Position numbers and translations under genes: made by a program. The notes under the pieces are model-generated. The model was not told the origin of the DNA and made no database searches. It worked only from the letters and a program-made list of their open reading frames with translations. This document shows positions 1 to 10,302 of a stretch of 64,000 nucleotides of DNA, piece by piece (position 1 is the stretch's first letter; each line of letters begins with the position of its first letter). The DNA lies in IMG/VR virus record IMGVR_UViG_3300003962_000117, one strand, 5' to 3'. The stretch is from an uncultured virus (IMG/VR IMGVR_UViG_3300003962_000117) (lineage: Duplodnaviria > Heunggongvirae > Uroviricota > Caudoviricetes).

Positions 1-2
1 GT

Positions 3-524
3 TTTAAGCGTGGCGATAAATACAGTTCGGTGGAATGGTATCTTGATGAGGCGAAATTGGAATGGGATAACTATGCTCGCGAAGGTGCTCTGGGCGACCT
101 CCAGATACGACCAAATCATTATTTGAATAGACTCGAAAAAGAAATACACGAAAAGGGGTCTTACTTTTACGAGTATGCTTTTGATGAATTGTACTATCAG
201 CTCTCGAAGCAGGGATATGCAAACGCCAAAATCCAATTCAACATTCACAGACAAAGAAAGCAGAGAGAGGATTTTGACTGGAATGAATTTTCGTTCCGGC
301 AAATGTTTGGAATCTTTAATGACTCTGAATATGATTCCTATTTCGATTTGCTCGGAATGAAAAAAGATGCTAAGGTCAAAGAAGAGGATATTAAAGCGAC
401 CTACCGCAGACTTTCCATGACACTGCATCCGGATAAAGGCGGAAGCGCTGAAAAGTTTATCGAAGTGACCGAAGCTAAAAACAAGTGCATCGAATACGTC
501 CGAATCAAGACCAGAAAAATATAA
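3..524 (+). CDS. J-domain (DnaJ-like) protein, 5' end probably outside window
   Basis: C-terminal YFDLLG...IKATYRRLSMTLHPDKGG with HPD motif; frame open to window edge. Confidence 0.8.
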   Translation, partial: FKRGDKYSSVEWYLDEAKLEWDNYAREGALGDLQIRPNHYLNRLEKEIHEKGSYFYEYAFDELYYQLSKQGYANAKIQFNIHRQRKQREDFDWNEFSFRQMFGIFNDSEYDSYFDLLGMKKDAKVKEEDIKATYRRLSMTLHPDKGGSAEKFIEVTEAKNKCIEYVRIKTRKI

Positions 525-554
525 TTATCAATAAAATAGAAACCCTAAAACAAA

Positions 555-2642
555 ATGAAAAATTACTTCTCAACTCTGCTCTTGGCGCTGTCGCTCACAT
601 CAATCATGGCGCAGTCACCGGAAATTGATTCACTCCAAACGCTGCTATCAAAAGAGCAGACCGATACCGGACGAATCAATATCATCAATCTCATCAGTCG
701 CGAATACATCAATGCCGGAGATAATAAATCAGCTCTGCGTCTTGCAAAGGATGCTCAAGAGCGTTCTGTTGTCGTTGGCTATAAAAGCGGAATAGCGGCC
801 TCATATAACAATATGGGAATCGTTTATACCATACAAACAGACTACGCGAAGGCGCTGGAGAATTATTTCTTAGCACTAAAATTTGGTGAAGAAGCTGGAG
901 ATAAAATCGCCCTGTCTAAGACCTATAATAATATGGGGATTGTCTATGACAGACAAAGTGATTACGCCAAAGCCGTAAACAGCTACTCCTCCTCTTTGAA
1001 GTTATCGGAAGAAATGAAAGACTGGAAAGGGGTCGCCTCTCTTTATCAGAACATCGGGAATATCTATTCAGACAGCAAGGAATATGAAACCGCGCTTTCA
1101 TATTTCAACAAATCGCTGGCCATCCGGAAAACACTGGACGACATAAGGGGCGAAGGAGGGACATACAACAGCATGACAACCGCTTATATTGGGCTTGGTC
1201 AATACGACAAGGCGTTAGAGGTTGGAGAAAAAGCTCTTGCGATAAATAAGCAATTTGGAGATAAGTATAGAACCGCATCAACACTATCAAATATCAGTGA
1301 AATATATTTTAAAACAAAAAATTACGACAAAGCGCTGGAGCGCTCGCAGGAAGCCCTCTCGTTGGCGGTAGGAATGGATGACAAGAACAGGCAAGGGAAT
1401 TACCACAACGGACTGGCGGATATATACATGGGTATGGGGGATTTCAATCGGTCGTACAAGCACTTAGACACTGCACTTAGTCTCGCCAAAAGCATTGACG
1501 ACAAATCTATACTCAAAGATTCGTATAAGATATTGTCCGACCTGTACATGAGAATGAATGATTGCAAAAAAGCATACGACTGCCACTTACTATATATCGC
1601 ATACAAGGATTCCATTAACACCACCGAAGGCGCTCTTGCAATGGAGCGTATGCAATCTAAGTACGAATCAGAAAAGAAAGAGAAGATTCGCGAGCTGGAG
1701 CAAGCCGCTAAGGATGAGAAGCAAAAAGCGAAGCTGGACAAAGAGCGTATGATGCGCTATGCTTTCATGGGGGGATTCGCTCTGATGATTGCACTATCAT
1801 TTTTCATCTACAAGGGATACAAGCAGAAAACAAAATCAAATAAAATAATTTCTGAACAGAAAAAACTTGTGGAAGAAAAGAACCATGAGATTACCGATAG
1901 CATCAGATACGCTTCCCGTGTTCAACAGGCGATACTTCCTCCGGACGACTTTATTAAAGGAGTAATGCCAGAGCACTTCATATATTTTTCTCCGAAAGAT
2001 ATTGTGTCTGGTGATTTCTACTTCGTAGATAAGCAGGGAGACAAATTATTTTGGGCGAGCTGCGATTGTACCGGACATGGCGTTTCTGGGTCTATGATGA
2101 GTATGCTTGGAGTGAATGCTATTTCGGGAATTATCAAAGACGGAGAAACAGTTCCGTCAAAAATTCTGGACAAGCTCAATGAGCGAATCAATCAATCCTT
2201 GCACAAGACCAGCGATGAATCTATCCGAGACGGTATGGATGTTTCATTCTGCCAGCTCGACACTTCATCGAATAAACTTTCTTGGGCTGGAGCAAACAAT
2301 CCTCTCTGGATAGTACGCGGGTCTGAAATCATTGAGTATAAAGCGGACAAGATGCCCATCGGTCAAATGTATAAGAGCGAGAACTACAAGAACCATGAAA
2401 TCGAAGTTCAGGCCGGAGACATCATCTATTCTTTCAGCGATGGCTACTGCGACCAATTCAATAAGGACGGAAAGAAGTTCATGAAGAAAAGATTCCGCGA
2501 ATTGCTGCTCTCTATCCGAGATAAATCAATGAGCGAGCAGAGAGATATAATCGAAAGTACAATGGATGAATGGAGGTCTGACGAAATAACAGAACTGACA
2601 GAGCAGACCGATGACCTCTTGGTGTTCGGGGTAAAAGTGTAA
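555..2642 (+). CDS. Membrane-anchored TPR + SpoIIE/RsbU (PP2C) phosphatase
   Basis: Signal peptide, multiple TPRs (YNNMGIVY), TM helix, IVSGDFY/DCTGHGV/DGMD/SDGYCDQF/QTDD PP2C motifs. Confidence 0.9.
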   Translation: MKNYFSTLLLALSLTSIMAQSPEIDSLQTLLSKEQTDTGRINIINLISREYINAGDNKSALRLAKDAQERSVVVGYKSGIAASYNNMGIVYTIQTDYAKALENYFLALKFGEEAGDKIALSKTYNNMGIVYDRQSDYAKAVNSYSSSLKLSEEMKDWKGVASLYQNIGNIYSDSKEYETALSYFNKSLAIRKTLDDIRGEGGTYNSMTTAYIGLGQYDKALEVGEKALAINKQFGDKYRTASTLSNISEIYFKTKNYDKALERSQEALSLAVGMDDKNRQGNYHNGLADIYMGMGDFNRSYKHLDTALSLAKSIDDKSILKDSYKILSDLYMRMNDCKKAYDCHLLYIAYKDSINTTEGALAMERMQSKYESEKKEKIRELEQAAKDEKQKAKLDKERMMRYAFMGGFALMIALSFFIYKGYKQKTKSNKIISEQKKLVEEKNHEITDSIRYASRVQQAILPPDDFIKGVMPEHFIYFSPKDIVSGDFYFVDKQGDKLFWASCDCTGHGVSGSMMSMLGVNAISGIIKDGETVPSKILDKLNERINQSLHKTSDESIRDGMDVSFCQLDTSSNKLSWAGANNPLWIVRGSEIIEYKADKMPIGQMYKSENYKNHEIEVQAGDIIYSFSDGYCDQFNKDGKKFMKKRFRELLLSIRDKSMSEQRDIIESTMDEWRSDEITELTEQTDDLLVFGVKV

Positions 2643-2686
2643 TACTGTATCTACGAATCGTAATGTGAGAAATGACCAATATTAAC

Positions 2687-2826
2687 GTAACTCATTGATA
2701 ATCAATATAGTTAAAATGTTGATAACTTTCAGTGCCAGTATTGAGATAATTCGTAGTTTTGTATTGTAATCGAAAGGAGAATCCGGCTGCCTAAAGTGCC
2801 GGAGCAAAAATAGAAAACCTAAAATG
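2687..2826 (+). promoter_or_regulatory. Bacteroidota-type promoter plus hairpin leader (copy 1)
   Basis: TAGTTTTG (TAnnTTTG) at 2754-2761, palindrome ATTGATAATCAAT 2694-2706, TCCGGC/GCCGGA hairpin; near-copy at 12130-12285. Confidence 0.75.
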
Positions 2827-3213
2827 AGAGACTCTAAAAAATCTTCCCCCGCAAAAAAATCAGGACGCGAACTGGCTGAGACCGCAAAAGCGATGCTCAA
2901 GCAAGGTAGCAAAAAAGTTCTGGTAAAAACCGTTGACTGCACCCCTGATTGGGTCGGGCTCGTTCCATTATTCATTGATTGGATTCAAAACGGCAATCAG
3001 CAGCAGTACGAAGAAGCGCAGAGGAGCATCATGCAGATGGCAAGAGTATCGGATGATTATAGAAAAAATCAATCGCTCTTTAAGGCAAGCCCAGATATGC
3101 TTGCGGCCTTGAAGGATGCACTGGAAATACTGGAAGCGTCTCCGGTTAAATTCAATGGAACTATCCTACAAGTAAAACAAGCTATCGCCAAAGCAGAAGG
3201 TAAGCAGTCGTAA
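2824..3213 (+). CDS. hypothetical phage protein
   Basis: ORF after promoter; C-terminal ASPDMLAALK...AIAKAEG motif common in small phage proteins. Confidence 0.7.
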   Translation: MRDSKKSSPAKKSGRELAETAKAMLKQGSKKVLVKTVDCTPDWVGLVPLFIDWIQNGNQQQYEEAQRSIMQMARVSDDYRKNQSLFKASPDMLAALKDALEILEASPVKFNGTILQVKQAIAKAEGKQS

Positions 3214-3243
3214 AAAAATAGAAACCCTAAAAACACAATTATC

Positions 3244-3558
3244 ATGGAAGAAGAATTAATCGTAAAGCTGGCACTCGGTCAAAAAGTTACCGACAAACAA
3301 ATCGTTTGCGCGGAACTGAGCAACAATGAAATTCCCTTTAAGCTCGGAAAAGGCGAAAAAATTTCTGACAGCGACATCGCAAATGAGCTCTATGAGATTT
3401 GCGACAGAGAGCACGCAGGCTGCAATAACGCCTGCCCTGTATTCCGCCTCAATGGAAGCGAAGTGGTTAAACCAAAAAAGGGATACCCTTATGGATGCGC
3501 TTGCTTCAAGAGTGGAAGTGAAATGCTGAAATTCATTCGCAAAAAATTCAAAGAATAA
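3244..3558 (+). CDS. hypothetical Cys-rich protein
   Basis: ORF preceded by AGAAACCCTAAAA leader. Confidence 0.7.
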   Translation: MEEELIVKLALGQKVTDKQIVCAELSNNEIPFKLGKGEKISDSDIANELYEICDREHAGCNNACPVFRLNGSEVVKPKKGYPYGCACFKSGSEMLKFIRKKFKE

Positions 3559-3585
3559 AAAACACAAGCTAATAAAAAAGTTAAC

Positions 3586-3876
3586 ATGAGAAACATGAAC
3601 ATTTTCGGAGGTCAAGGATACCTCACCGATGAACAAAGAAAAAAACCTCTGGCGCATGGATGCGACTACTTTAGCTTCGAGTCCTGCATAGACCTCTCCA
3701 AGCCAGTCAGGGTAATTCCTTTCGGAAACGCGACAGAGTTCTCTGTTGACCAGTACAGTCGCGATGTAGCGAGCTTTTTCTGCTGGTGGACAAATAATAT
3801 CCACAAAGACCTCAATGGATATTCTGGATTCCACAATGTACAATTTGAGCTCGTTGGATTCATCATTAAGTCGTAA
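3586..3876 (+). CDS. hypothetical protein
   Basis: co-oriented ORF with A-rich leader. Confidence 0.65.
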   Translation: MRNMNIFGGQGYLTDEQRKKPLAHGCDYFSFESCIDLSKPVRVIPFGNATEFSVDQYSRDVASFFCWWTNNIHKDLNGYSGFHNVQFELVGFIIKS

Positions 3877-3914
3877 TTAAAATAAAAACAGAAACCCTAA
3901 AACCAATCGTAACT

Positions 3915-4088
3915 ATGGTAAACTATCACAACAAATACGCAGGAGAGCGCCTTCCCTATGTAGCACCTGAGTTCCGCACAGTAGAAGAACTCATGCTGAT
4001 GCAATCAAAAGGCAAATCACTCACACGCGATGAAAAGAATCGCGTGGCCGCATACGCAGAGCAAAAGCGAAAACAAAAAAATGTATAA
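3915..4088 (+). CDS. 57-aa hypothetical protein (not in ORF track)
   Basis: MVNYHNKYAGERLPY...QKNV*, preceded by AGAAACCCTAAAA leader. Confidence 0.65.
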   Translation: MVNYHNKYAGERLPYVAPEFRTVEELMLMQSKGKSLTRDEKNRVAAYAEQKRKQKNV

Positions 4089-4122
4089 TTAAAAAAAACA
4101 GAAACCCTAAAACCAAGCTATC

Positions 4123-4461
4123 ATGTCAAGAAAAAAGAACTTAGCAAACAAGCTCGATGCCAATATGGTATTCGGAAAATTCCACAAGGAACGTAACCGC
4201 GAAAGCAAAATTGATTTCATCGGGAAAGTTCCAGCGCTGGTCAAAGAGATTTCCAGCGATTTCAAGGCAGTGGGCGATGTAAGAGTAGAAAAGGTGTTTG
4301 ACTCGGATTTATATCGAGTGGACATAAAGCCCAGACCCGCAATGATGGATATTGACCTGCTCTACATCACCATGAAAAAACATAGCATCGAAGGATTCTT
4401 CGTTGACTCCGGAAACCCAAGCATCTTTATTCACATCACCTACAATCAGCAAAATGGATAA
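4123..4461 (+). CDS. hypothetical protein
   Basis: ORF preceded by AGAAACCCTAAAA leader. Confidence 0.7.
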   Translation: MSRKKNLANKLDANMVFGKFHKERNRESKIDFIGKVPALVKEISSDFKAVGDVRVEKVFDSDLYRVDIKPRPAMMDIDLLYITMKKHSIEGFFVDSGNPSIFIHITYNQQNG

Positions 4462-4648
4462 AAATATCATCAATCAAATCGGTAAAACAAAAGTCAGCGG
4501 CAATATCCCAATCATGGGATTTATTGCCTCTGACTGGAATCAGAAGCTCTATACTGCTCCAGAGGGAAGCTCAGTGCGAATGATTTCATTTGGAAGGGCT
4601 TTTGCCGTCACAAACAGGATTCTTAAAAACTCAGCACAAAACAACTAA
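4454..4648 (+). CDS. hypothetical protein
   Basis: overlapping co-oriented ORF. Confidence 0.55.
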   Translation: MDKNIINQIGKTKVSGNIPIMGFIASDWNQKLYTAPEGSSVRMISFGRAFAVTNRILKNSAQNN

Positions 4649-4659
4649 TCCACACATTC

Positions 4660-4914
4660 ATGAGAGTCGTATTCGTAACCAACATTGACGCCTATAAAAC
4701 AAACTGCTTCCCAGCTAATCTACCTATGCCTCCCCGCGTAGGGGAATTGGTTAGCGTAGTGGATGTATTTATCAAGCACTTTCAAGACCAAAAACTCCCA
4801 ACGACTCTGGAAGTAGTTCGGGTAACATGGAAAGAGTATTGCGTTGTATGCGAACTCTGGTACAACAAAACACAAAAGGAGCTGGCTGATGCTGCCGGAG
4901 CTAAAACACTTTAA
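4660..4914 (+). CDS. hypothetical protein
   Basis: packed co-oriented ORF. Confidence 0.65.
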   Translation: MRVVFVTNIDAYKTNCFPANLPMPPRVGELVSVVDVFIKHFQDQKLPTTLEVVRVTWKEYCVVCELWYNKTQKELADAAGAKTL

Positions 4915-4919
4915 CCATC

Positions 4920-5153
4920 ATGGCGAACATTCTTTTTAAAATAGTTCATACTAAATCCCACATAGTCCTCAAAGAGTTCAATACTCTCGTGGACGCATTG
5001 AACTACCTACGAGTCAACATAAATGATTCGAGGAGCTGGGGAGTAGAAGAGTTTGAAAATGGAAAGCTGGTTGACTTAGCGTCAGCGTACTACTTAATTG
5101 AAAATTTAAAAAACAAGGACGATGTGCCATTCTCAATCCAAGATATAAGATGA
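4920..5153 (+). CDS. hypothetical protein
   Basis: packed ORF, ATGA overlap with next. Confidence 0.65.
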   Translation: MANILFKIVHTKSHIVLKEFNTLVDALNYLRVNINDSRSWGVEEFENGKLVDLASAYYLIENLKNKDDVPFSIQDIR

Positions 5154-5368
5154 AAGTCTTAACCCTACATCAATGCAGCTTATGTCACGGAAGCGGACTC
5201 GTTGACCCGTCCGATATGAATAAGATTTTAATGTCCGAGTCTATTCCTGAAATATCAAAAGAAATTTTCAAATGCCCAAGATGTCAGGGAAGAAAGAATG
5301 TCGAAGTCTGGATGGATGCAAAAGACTTCATCAGAATGTACATGGACGAAAAAATTAAACCTGAATAA
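5150..5368 (+). CDS. small zinc-finger protein (CxxCxGxG type)
   Basis: CSLCHGSG...CPRCQG. Confidence 0.65.
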   Translation: MKVLTLHQCSLCHGSGLVDPSDMNKILMSESIPEISKEIFKCPRCQGRKNVEVWMDAKDFIRMYMDEKIKPE

Positions 5369-5370
5369 CG

Positions 5371-6075
5371 ATGCTAATAAAAAGTAACTATAAAGATTAT
5401 TACGATTACATTTCCGGTATCTACGGGATTGACCCGAAAGTAGTTTATCACCGCGTATGCGCATCACCGCATGATGATGGCAAAAACAAAGTGGTATGGA
5501 ATAAGACCGGAATGTTCAAACCCAGTTATAGTGACGATTACGCTTGTTATATTCTGGCTATCTGCGGACAGTTCTATGTTTCATATTATTTCGCTGAGAA
5601 ATTTTATTTCTTTGAGCCAATGAAGGGTGGTGATTTTTCCACCTATCTATTCATGAAAAATATCTACTCTGGAAAAAAATTGACCAGAAATGAGCAGCTT
5701 GCGAAAGATATTCTGGATAGAATGAAAAGAGCTAAGTCCTATGCGCCAACATGGAGCACAACTGACCGGAAAGACCATTTTATAAACGACTTGTCGTATG
5801 TCAGAGAACATCTACATCCAACTGATATTAATGATAAATTAAATTGTCCGGTCTGCCTGATAGCTAAACGCGGCTACGGAAGATTGGATGATGTAGAATA
5901 TGTCAATGTCCGGCTCTCGGATTTCGGAATCGGGCAAATCGTATCGCCAAACGATATGTATATCATGATTTCAAATTTCCTGACCAGAGAAAAGAAGGTT
6001 GTAGATAAAAGAACCGACATTGAGAAAATTGTTGGTCATGGATTCGATAAAAAAACTTCATTCAGAAAAATGTAA
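5371..6075 (+). CDS. hypothetical phage protein
   Basis: 234-aa ORF; KDYYDY N-terminus and HGFDKKTSFR C-terminus typical of a phage family. Confidence 0.75.
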   Translation: MLIKSNYKDYYDYISGIYGIDPKVVYHRVCASPHDDGKNKVVWNKTGMFKPSYSDDYACYILAICGQFYVSYYFAEKFYFFEPMKGGDFSTYLFMKNIYSGKKLTRNEQLAKDILDRMKRAKSYAPTWSTTDRKDHFINDLSYVREHLHPTDINDKLNCPVCLIAKRGYGRLDDVEYVNVRLSDFGIGQIVSPNDMYIMISNFLTREKKVVDKRTDIEKIVGHGFDKKTSFRKM

Positions 6076-6079
6076 TATC

Positions 6080-6547
6080 ATGAAAGTAGAGAATGTTTAC
6101 TATGACGAAAACAGCTTCGGCATCACAAGAAAATCTCTCTTGATGCTCCGTAATGCTATCGGAGAAAACGTGAAGAGGGAGCTGCTGGTAGTCGAAGTTC
6201 CGACAGGTGACATTACTTGCGGGTTTTTCGTATTCGTCAAACACGAATGGTTCGCCATCGCTATTTGGTCTGGAGATGGGTTCCGGACAGACAGGGGCGG
6301 AGAGGGTGGTCGAGGATATGCCAATGCAATAAAGATGCTCGGAATTTTCGGACTGGACGCATACGAATTGCAATACCTGAATCACAAAGAAGTAATTAAA
6401 GAATGGGAATTGATACATGGCACAATGAATCCCGAAACTAAAGAAGAGAAAATATTATCCATGAGCCAAAAGGTTCTGGATGAATTTACCAGCGAAGAAA
6501 GTGGCGACCTCTTTAAGTCAATCTACGAAACGTATCCTCATTACTAA
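6080..6547 (+). CDS. hypothetical protein
   Basis: ATG at 6080 after previous stop. Confidence 0.65.
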   Translation: MKVENVYYDENSFGITRKSLLMLRNAIGENVKRELLVVEVPTGDITCGFFVFVKHEWFAIAIWSGDGFRTDRGGEGGRGYANAIKMLGIFGLDAYELQYLNHKEVIKEWELIHGTMNPETKEEKILSMSQKVLDEFTSEESGDLFKSIYETYPHY

Positions 6548-6571
6548 TCAATAAAAAAACAGCACACAGTT

Positions 6572-7252
6572 ATGGACGCATCAACTCAAAACACAATTAA
6601 GACAACACTAATTTTCCGTCAAGGCAAACAGCGCGGTGAATACGAAAAAGCTCCTGCGGTCAGCAAATACAATAAGATGGTAGTCATCGCTGATGAAAAA
6701 CTCAATGTAAAATTGGATGTATCATACGACTGCGAACTAATTCCGATGAAAACCGGAAAAGGGTACTTCGCAATCGCAGCAACCAAGACTCCGGTTATCA
6801 AAACTACTCTCATGTTCAAAAAGGGGAAAAAGATATACAATGAGTTCACCAATGAATACAAGCAGGACATGGTGGGCTCTTTTGACGGGCAAATCGTTAT
6901 CGCTCCCGACAACATGAACATTGAGCCCAATAAAGAGTACGACTGCGAAATCGTCATGTCCCCTAAAGGTCGGGCATACATCGTTGAATCCATAAAGCCA
7001 TCCGTTAGCACAAAGGAAGCGGAAATAATTGTCCGCCCGCATCCAGACATGATTGTTGAAGTGAAAATTGACGGAGTGCTGGCCGATGAGCTGAGATTCG
7101 ATTGCATGGGCGGTGATGAAAAAATATTGCAGTCCAAGATTTTCAAATTCAAGTGCCGGAACATCAAAGACAAGGATATGGCGGTCTCGAATTACGAAGC
7201 TGCCTGCCGAGATTTGATGTTGGAGCATCAAGAGAAAATTTCAAACAAATAA
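6572..7252 (+). CDS. hypothetical protein with internal tandem domain duplication
   Basis: IKTTLxF..GK...YDCE repeated twice. Confidence 0.7.
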   Translation: MDASTQNTIKTTLIFRQGKQRGEYEKAPAVSKYNKMVVIADEKLNVKLDVSYDCELIPMKTGKGYFAIAATKTPVIKTTLMFKKGKKIYNEFTNEYKQDMVGSFDGQIVIAPDNMNIEPNKEYDCEIVMSPKGRAYIVESIKPSVSTKEAEIIVRPHPDMIVEVKIDGVLADELRFDCMGGDEKILQSKIFKFKCRNIKDKDMAVSNYEAACRDLMLEHQEKISNK

Positions 7253-7271
7253 CAACAAAAAAAATAAAATC

Positions 7272-7487
7272 ATGGCAAAGGGCAAGAAATGGAAAATGCC
7301 GGAGTGGATGGAAAAGTACCGTCCGCTTATAGGCAGCACCGGAGGGAACTCTATCGAGGAGCTCTACAACGATGACGGGACAAATTCAAATGTGTTTGTC
7401 AATGCTCCACTGGCGCTCGTTTGCGTTGCGGTGAAAAATCAAGTAAACCTACTGATAAAACTTCACGAACAAAAATTACTGAAATGA
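7272..7487 (+). CDS. hypothetical protein
   Basis: packed ORF. Confidence 0.6.
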   Translation: MAKGKKWKMPEWMEKYRPLIGSTGGNSIEELYNDDGTNSNVFVNAPLALVCVAVKNQVNLLIKLHEQKLLK

Positions 7488-8200
7488 CTGGAGAAGAATT
7501 ATATGGTCACATTAAGAACATCTTTCTAAAAAAGCCGGAGATGAGGAGTGATGTTAATTTTTTCATCGCTCATGTTTTCAAGAGCGATTTAAAAAAGGGT
7601 GGTCTTGATTATGAAAAGATAACCGGAAAAGACCTCCTTAATGAGATGGTTAACAAAAGACTCTCCAGCGTTGATGAAATTATCGAAGTGCTGGAGAAGT
7701 TAAAAGACGAGTACAAAAATGACATCTCCGAAAATGTTGCGTCCAAAAGGGAGAACTCCAAAGTATCTAAGCCAGTTGGAATGAAAGAGTACGACATGGT
7801 TGATACGCACGGGAACAGACTGTACTCGAAAGGCGCAACCGTCTATCTTAAACTTGCAAAAGGTGGGCACAGAAAACTTGGCGTCATTGACCCGAAACAA
7901 AGAGTGTTCGCAATCAAACGTGAGCGAGGAGAACATTTATTCAGGAAGTTTAATGCGTATGGATTTAATCATCACTTCTTCTCGACCCCATCAGCAGTTT
8001 TCGATAAAATACTCCTTGAGGATGAATACGGAAAATATGTTTTTCCGGTAAAAGAAATCATAAACGACCATTCAACATACCTGCACTTCTTAGGGCAAAA
8101 ATTTGAACGCCAAGTATTCCTTCCACTGGAAGTTATGGAGAGATTCAGGCAGGATGGCGTACAGTCTGTCGAAGGGTCAGAAGATGAAACAGTGAAATAA
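7484..8200 (+). CDS. hypothetical protein
   Basis: ATGA overlap start at 7484. Confidence 0.7.
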   Translation: MTGEELYGHIKNIFLKKPEMRSDVNFFIAHVFKSDLKKGGLDYEKITGKDLLNEMVNKRLSSVDEIIEVLEKLKDEYKNDISENVASKRENSKVSKPVGMKEYDMVDTHGNRLYSKGATVYLKLAKGGHRKLGVIDPKQRVFAIKRERGEHLFRKFNAYGFNHHFFSTPSAVFDKILLEDEYGKYVFPVKEIINDHSTYLHFLGQKFERQVFLPLEVMERFRQDGVQSVEGSEDETVK

Positions 8201-8202
8201 CT

Positions 8203-8589
8203 ATGCAGATAGACACAGACAAATATATCCGAGAGGGCAATTCCCTAATCGCTGAGTTCTGCGGGGCAAATAAAGTTGTCAAGAGCAGAGAGGTGTATTA
8301 TGAGTGGGATAATGGGCGTAATTACCATGTGAGTGATTTGAAATTCCACTCCGATTGGAACTGGCTTTTTCGAGCCATTGATTCGGTGGAGGCGCTTGAT
8401 AAATCTCCGCTCAATGATTTCAAGGTAGTAATTGGCAGAACCACAGTTGTTGAATGGAGGGGTCGTAATGCCCACGAGGACTCACACCCTCTAATTGAAG
8501 TAAACTCCCATAGAAGAAACAGAATCCAGATGACTTGGAAGTGCATTTGCGACTTCATAAGATGGTACAATAAAAAAAATAAACCATGA
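8203..8589 (+). CDS. hypothetical phage protein
   Basis: NSLIAEF...FHSDWNWL motif typical of Bacteroidota phage ORFs. Confidence 0.7.
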   Translation: MQIDTDKYIREGNSLIAEFCGANKVVKSREVYYEWDNGRNYHVSDLKFHSDWNWLFRAIDSVEALDKSPLNDFKVVIGRTTVVEWRGRNAHEDSHPLIEVNSHRRNRIQMTWKCICDFIRWYNKKNKP

Positions 8590-8867
8590 AGAAGAATCCT
8601 CGTTTAGAGAAAACAGTATGCCCAGATTGCAAGACCCTATTGAGCGCAGCTACAAATGTTGGGTCTGATGAAAGCATTCAGCCAAAGCCGAATGATTTGA
8701 CGATTTGTGTTTATTGCGCCTCCATCTTGATTTACAACAAGGACTTTTCTCTGAGGCGGGCAACAGACTCAGACCTCGATTCTCTGGACGCAAGCACATT
8801 GTCGTCTTTACAAAAAGCGAAAGTGGCTGTAACTAAACGAATCATAGAAAACAGAAATCTAAATTAA
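8586..8867 (+). CDS. hypothetical zinc-binding protein
   Basis: CPDC...CVYC. Confidence 0.65.
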   Translation: MKKNPRLEKTVCPDCKTLLSAATNVGSDESIQPKPNDLTICVYCASILIYNKDFSLRRATDSDLDSLDASTLSSLQKAKVAVTKRIIENRNLN

Positions 8868-8874
8868 AATAAAA

Positions 8875-9255
8875 ATGGAACAGACAAATGCAATAGCGCC
8901 TCGCAGACAAACCATATTCATGGAAACTTGGAGCAATGGAAAATGGTACATAAAATTCCTCCTGATACTATTTGTCCCGTTTTCTATAATTTCCCCATAC
9001 CCATTCCTCGCGATATATTTCGTATCATGGGATGAGCTTCGCGAATCGAGTCAAAGAAAAAAGGAAGCTCAAATAAAAGAGGCGAGGGAGCTTCTGCGCA
9101 ATTACAAAGTAGAGTTTCGGACAAGACATGGGTTCCTTGCGACCGGAGCGCAAAGAGAACTCATTCAGCGCGATGTCCCGCTCACGGATGAACAAATTGA
9201 CGAGATACTGAAAACTATAAATCCAAGAGACATTCTAAAAACGGAAATACAATGA
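8875..9255 (+). CDS. hypothetical membrane protein
   Basis: one hydrophobic segment. Confidence 0.65.
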   Translation: MEQTNAIAPRRQTIFMETWSNGKWYIKFLLILFVPFSIISPYPFLAIYFVSWDELRESSQRKKEAQIKEARELLRNYKVEFRTRHGFLATGAQRELIQRDVPLTDEQIDEILKTINPRDILKTEIQ

Positions 9256-9551
9256 TAAGCGATTTGCATAACGACTTAAAAAAGAATCTTCTCGTCTTTG
9301 CTTGGGAGCGAATGAAAGACGATAATAAAAATACTTCCATCGGAAAATCCGTTGAAGGAGATTACTCCATACTTGTTGAATGCGTGATGGAAAAATTCTG
9401 GATATGGAGAGTTTTTCGCAAGGACGAATGGATTATGGACAGCAGTAATTATCCAAAAGGAAACTGCGACAACGAAAGGGATGCAACTAATCTCGCCATT
9501 GAAGTCGCAAGCACCCACTATCACAAGAACAATAAAACAGTTTGGAAATGA
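9252..9551 (+). CDS. hypothetical protein
   Basis: ATGA overlap. Confidence 0.65.
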   Translation: MISDLHNDLKKNLLVFAWERMKDDNKNTSIGKSVEGDYSILVECVMEKFWIWRVFRKDEWIMDSSNYPKGNCDNERDATNLAIEVASTHYHKNNKTVWK

Positions 9552-10024
9552 AATGCTTATTACGACTCGTCCCGTGCGAGAATCCACATGAGAAGCAGAA
9601 AGTTGTGTATGCAAAAAACATATACGAAATCTTTCATGTGGTCAAAGACCGTCCGTTTCAACATGAAATCGAGCTCTGCATCAGTAATGATGCTCACGAA
9701 ACGGTCGTACCACTCAGTCAGGTAAAACAGATAGCTTGCGAATATCCATCTGAGGGACGAATTATTTATGTCCCGCTAAATTTCGATTGCTACGAAAAAG
9801 CCTTGAAGTCGGTCAGCAAAAAAGTCAACATTATGCTCATGGATGCTCTTGGGGTGAGGAGTAAAAATAATTCCCTCGAAACATCAATAGCTTATATTGT
9901 ACCCGATGACCCTGAGAGCTGGGATGACATCATTCAGGATATTGCTGAGGAGCATAAAATTCTTATTGACCACCGCATTCAAGACTATCTCGAAGAAAAT
10001 TATCATCTGCCAAAAAGAAAATAA
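9548..10024 (+). CDS. hypothetical protein
   Basis: ATGA overlap. Confidence 0.65.
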   Translation: MKCLLRLVPCENPHEKQKVVYAKNIYEIFHVVKDRPFQHEIELCISNDAHETVVPLSQVKQIACEYPSEGRIIYVPLNFDCYEKALKSVSKKVNIMLMDALGVRSKNNSLETSIAYIVPDDPESWDDIIQDIAEEHKILIDHRIQDYLEENYHLPKRK

Positions 10025-10026
10025 AA

Positions 10027-10302
10027 ATGAAAACACTACTTACGAAAAAGAATCTTCCGAAAGATGTCAATATCGCAACAGAAAAAATGCTACGCAACAC
10101 TCCCGTTGAATCAAAAACAATTTATAGGGTTCTATGGGATATTCGGGTCGTCCCGCACTCGCAAGACCACGAGGACTTTGATACCAGAGAGCAGGCAGAG
10201 AAGAAGTTTCTTGAGGTGGCTAAAAATTACTACTATGTCAAATTGATTATAATCACCCAGCAGAAAGAAGTTGCCTATATGACTTACGGAAGTCATGTTT
10301 AA
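10027..10302 (+). CDS. hypothetical protein
   Basis: packed ORF. Confidence 0.6.
   Translation: MKTLLTKKNLPKDVNIATEKMLRNTPVESKTIYRVLWDIRVVPHSQDHEDFDTREQAEKKFLEVAKNYYYVKLIIITQQKEVAYMTYGSHV

Noticed and set aside
34..50. 16/17-nt match AATGGTATCTnGATGAG with the IS transposase (~53225)
   Set aside because: Both merely encode WYLDE; no flanking similarity, treated as coincidence
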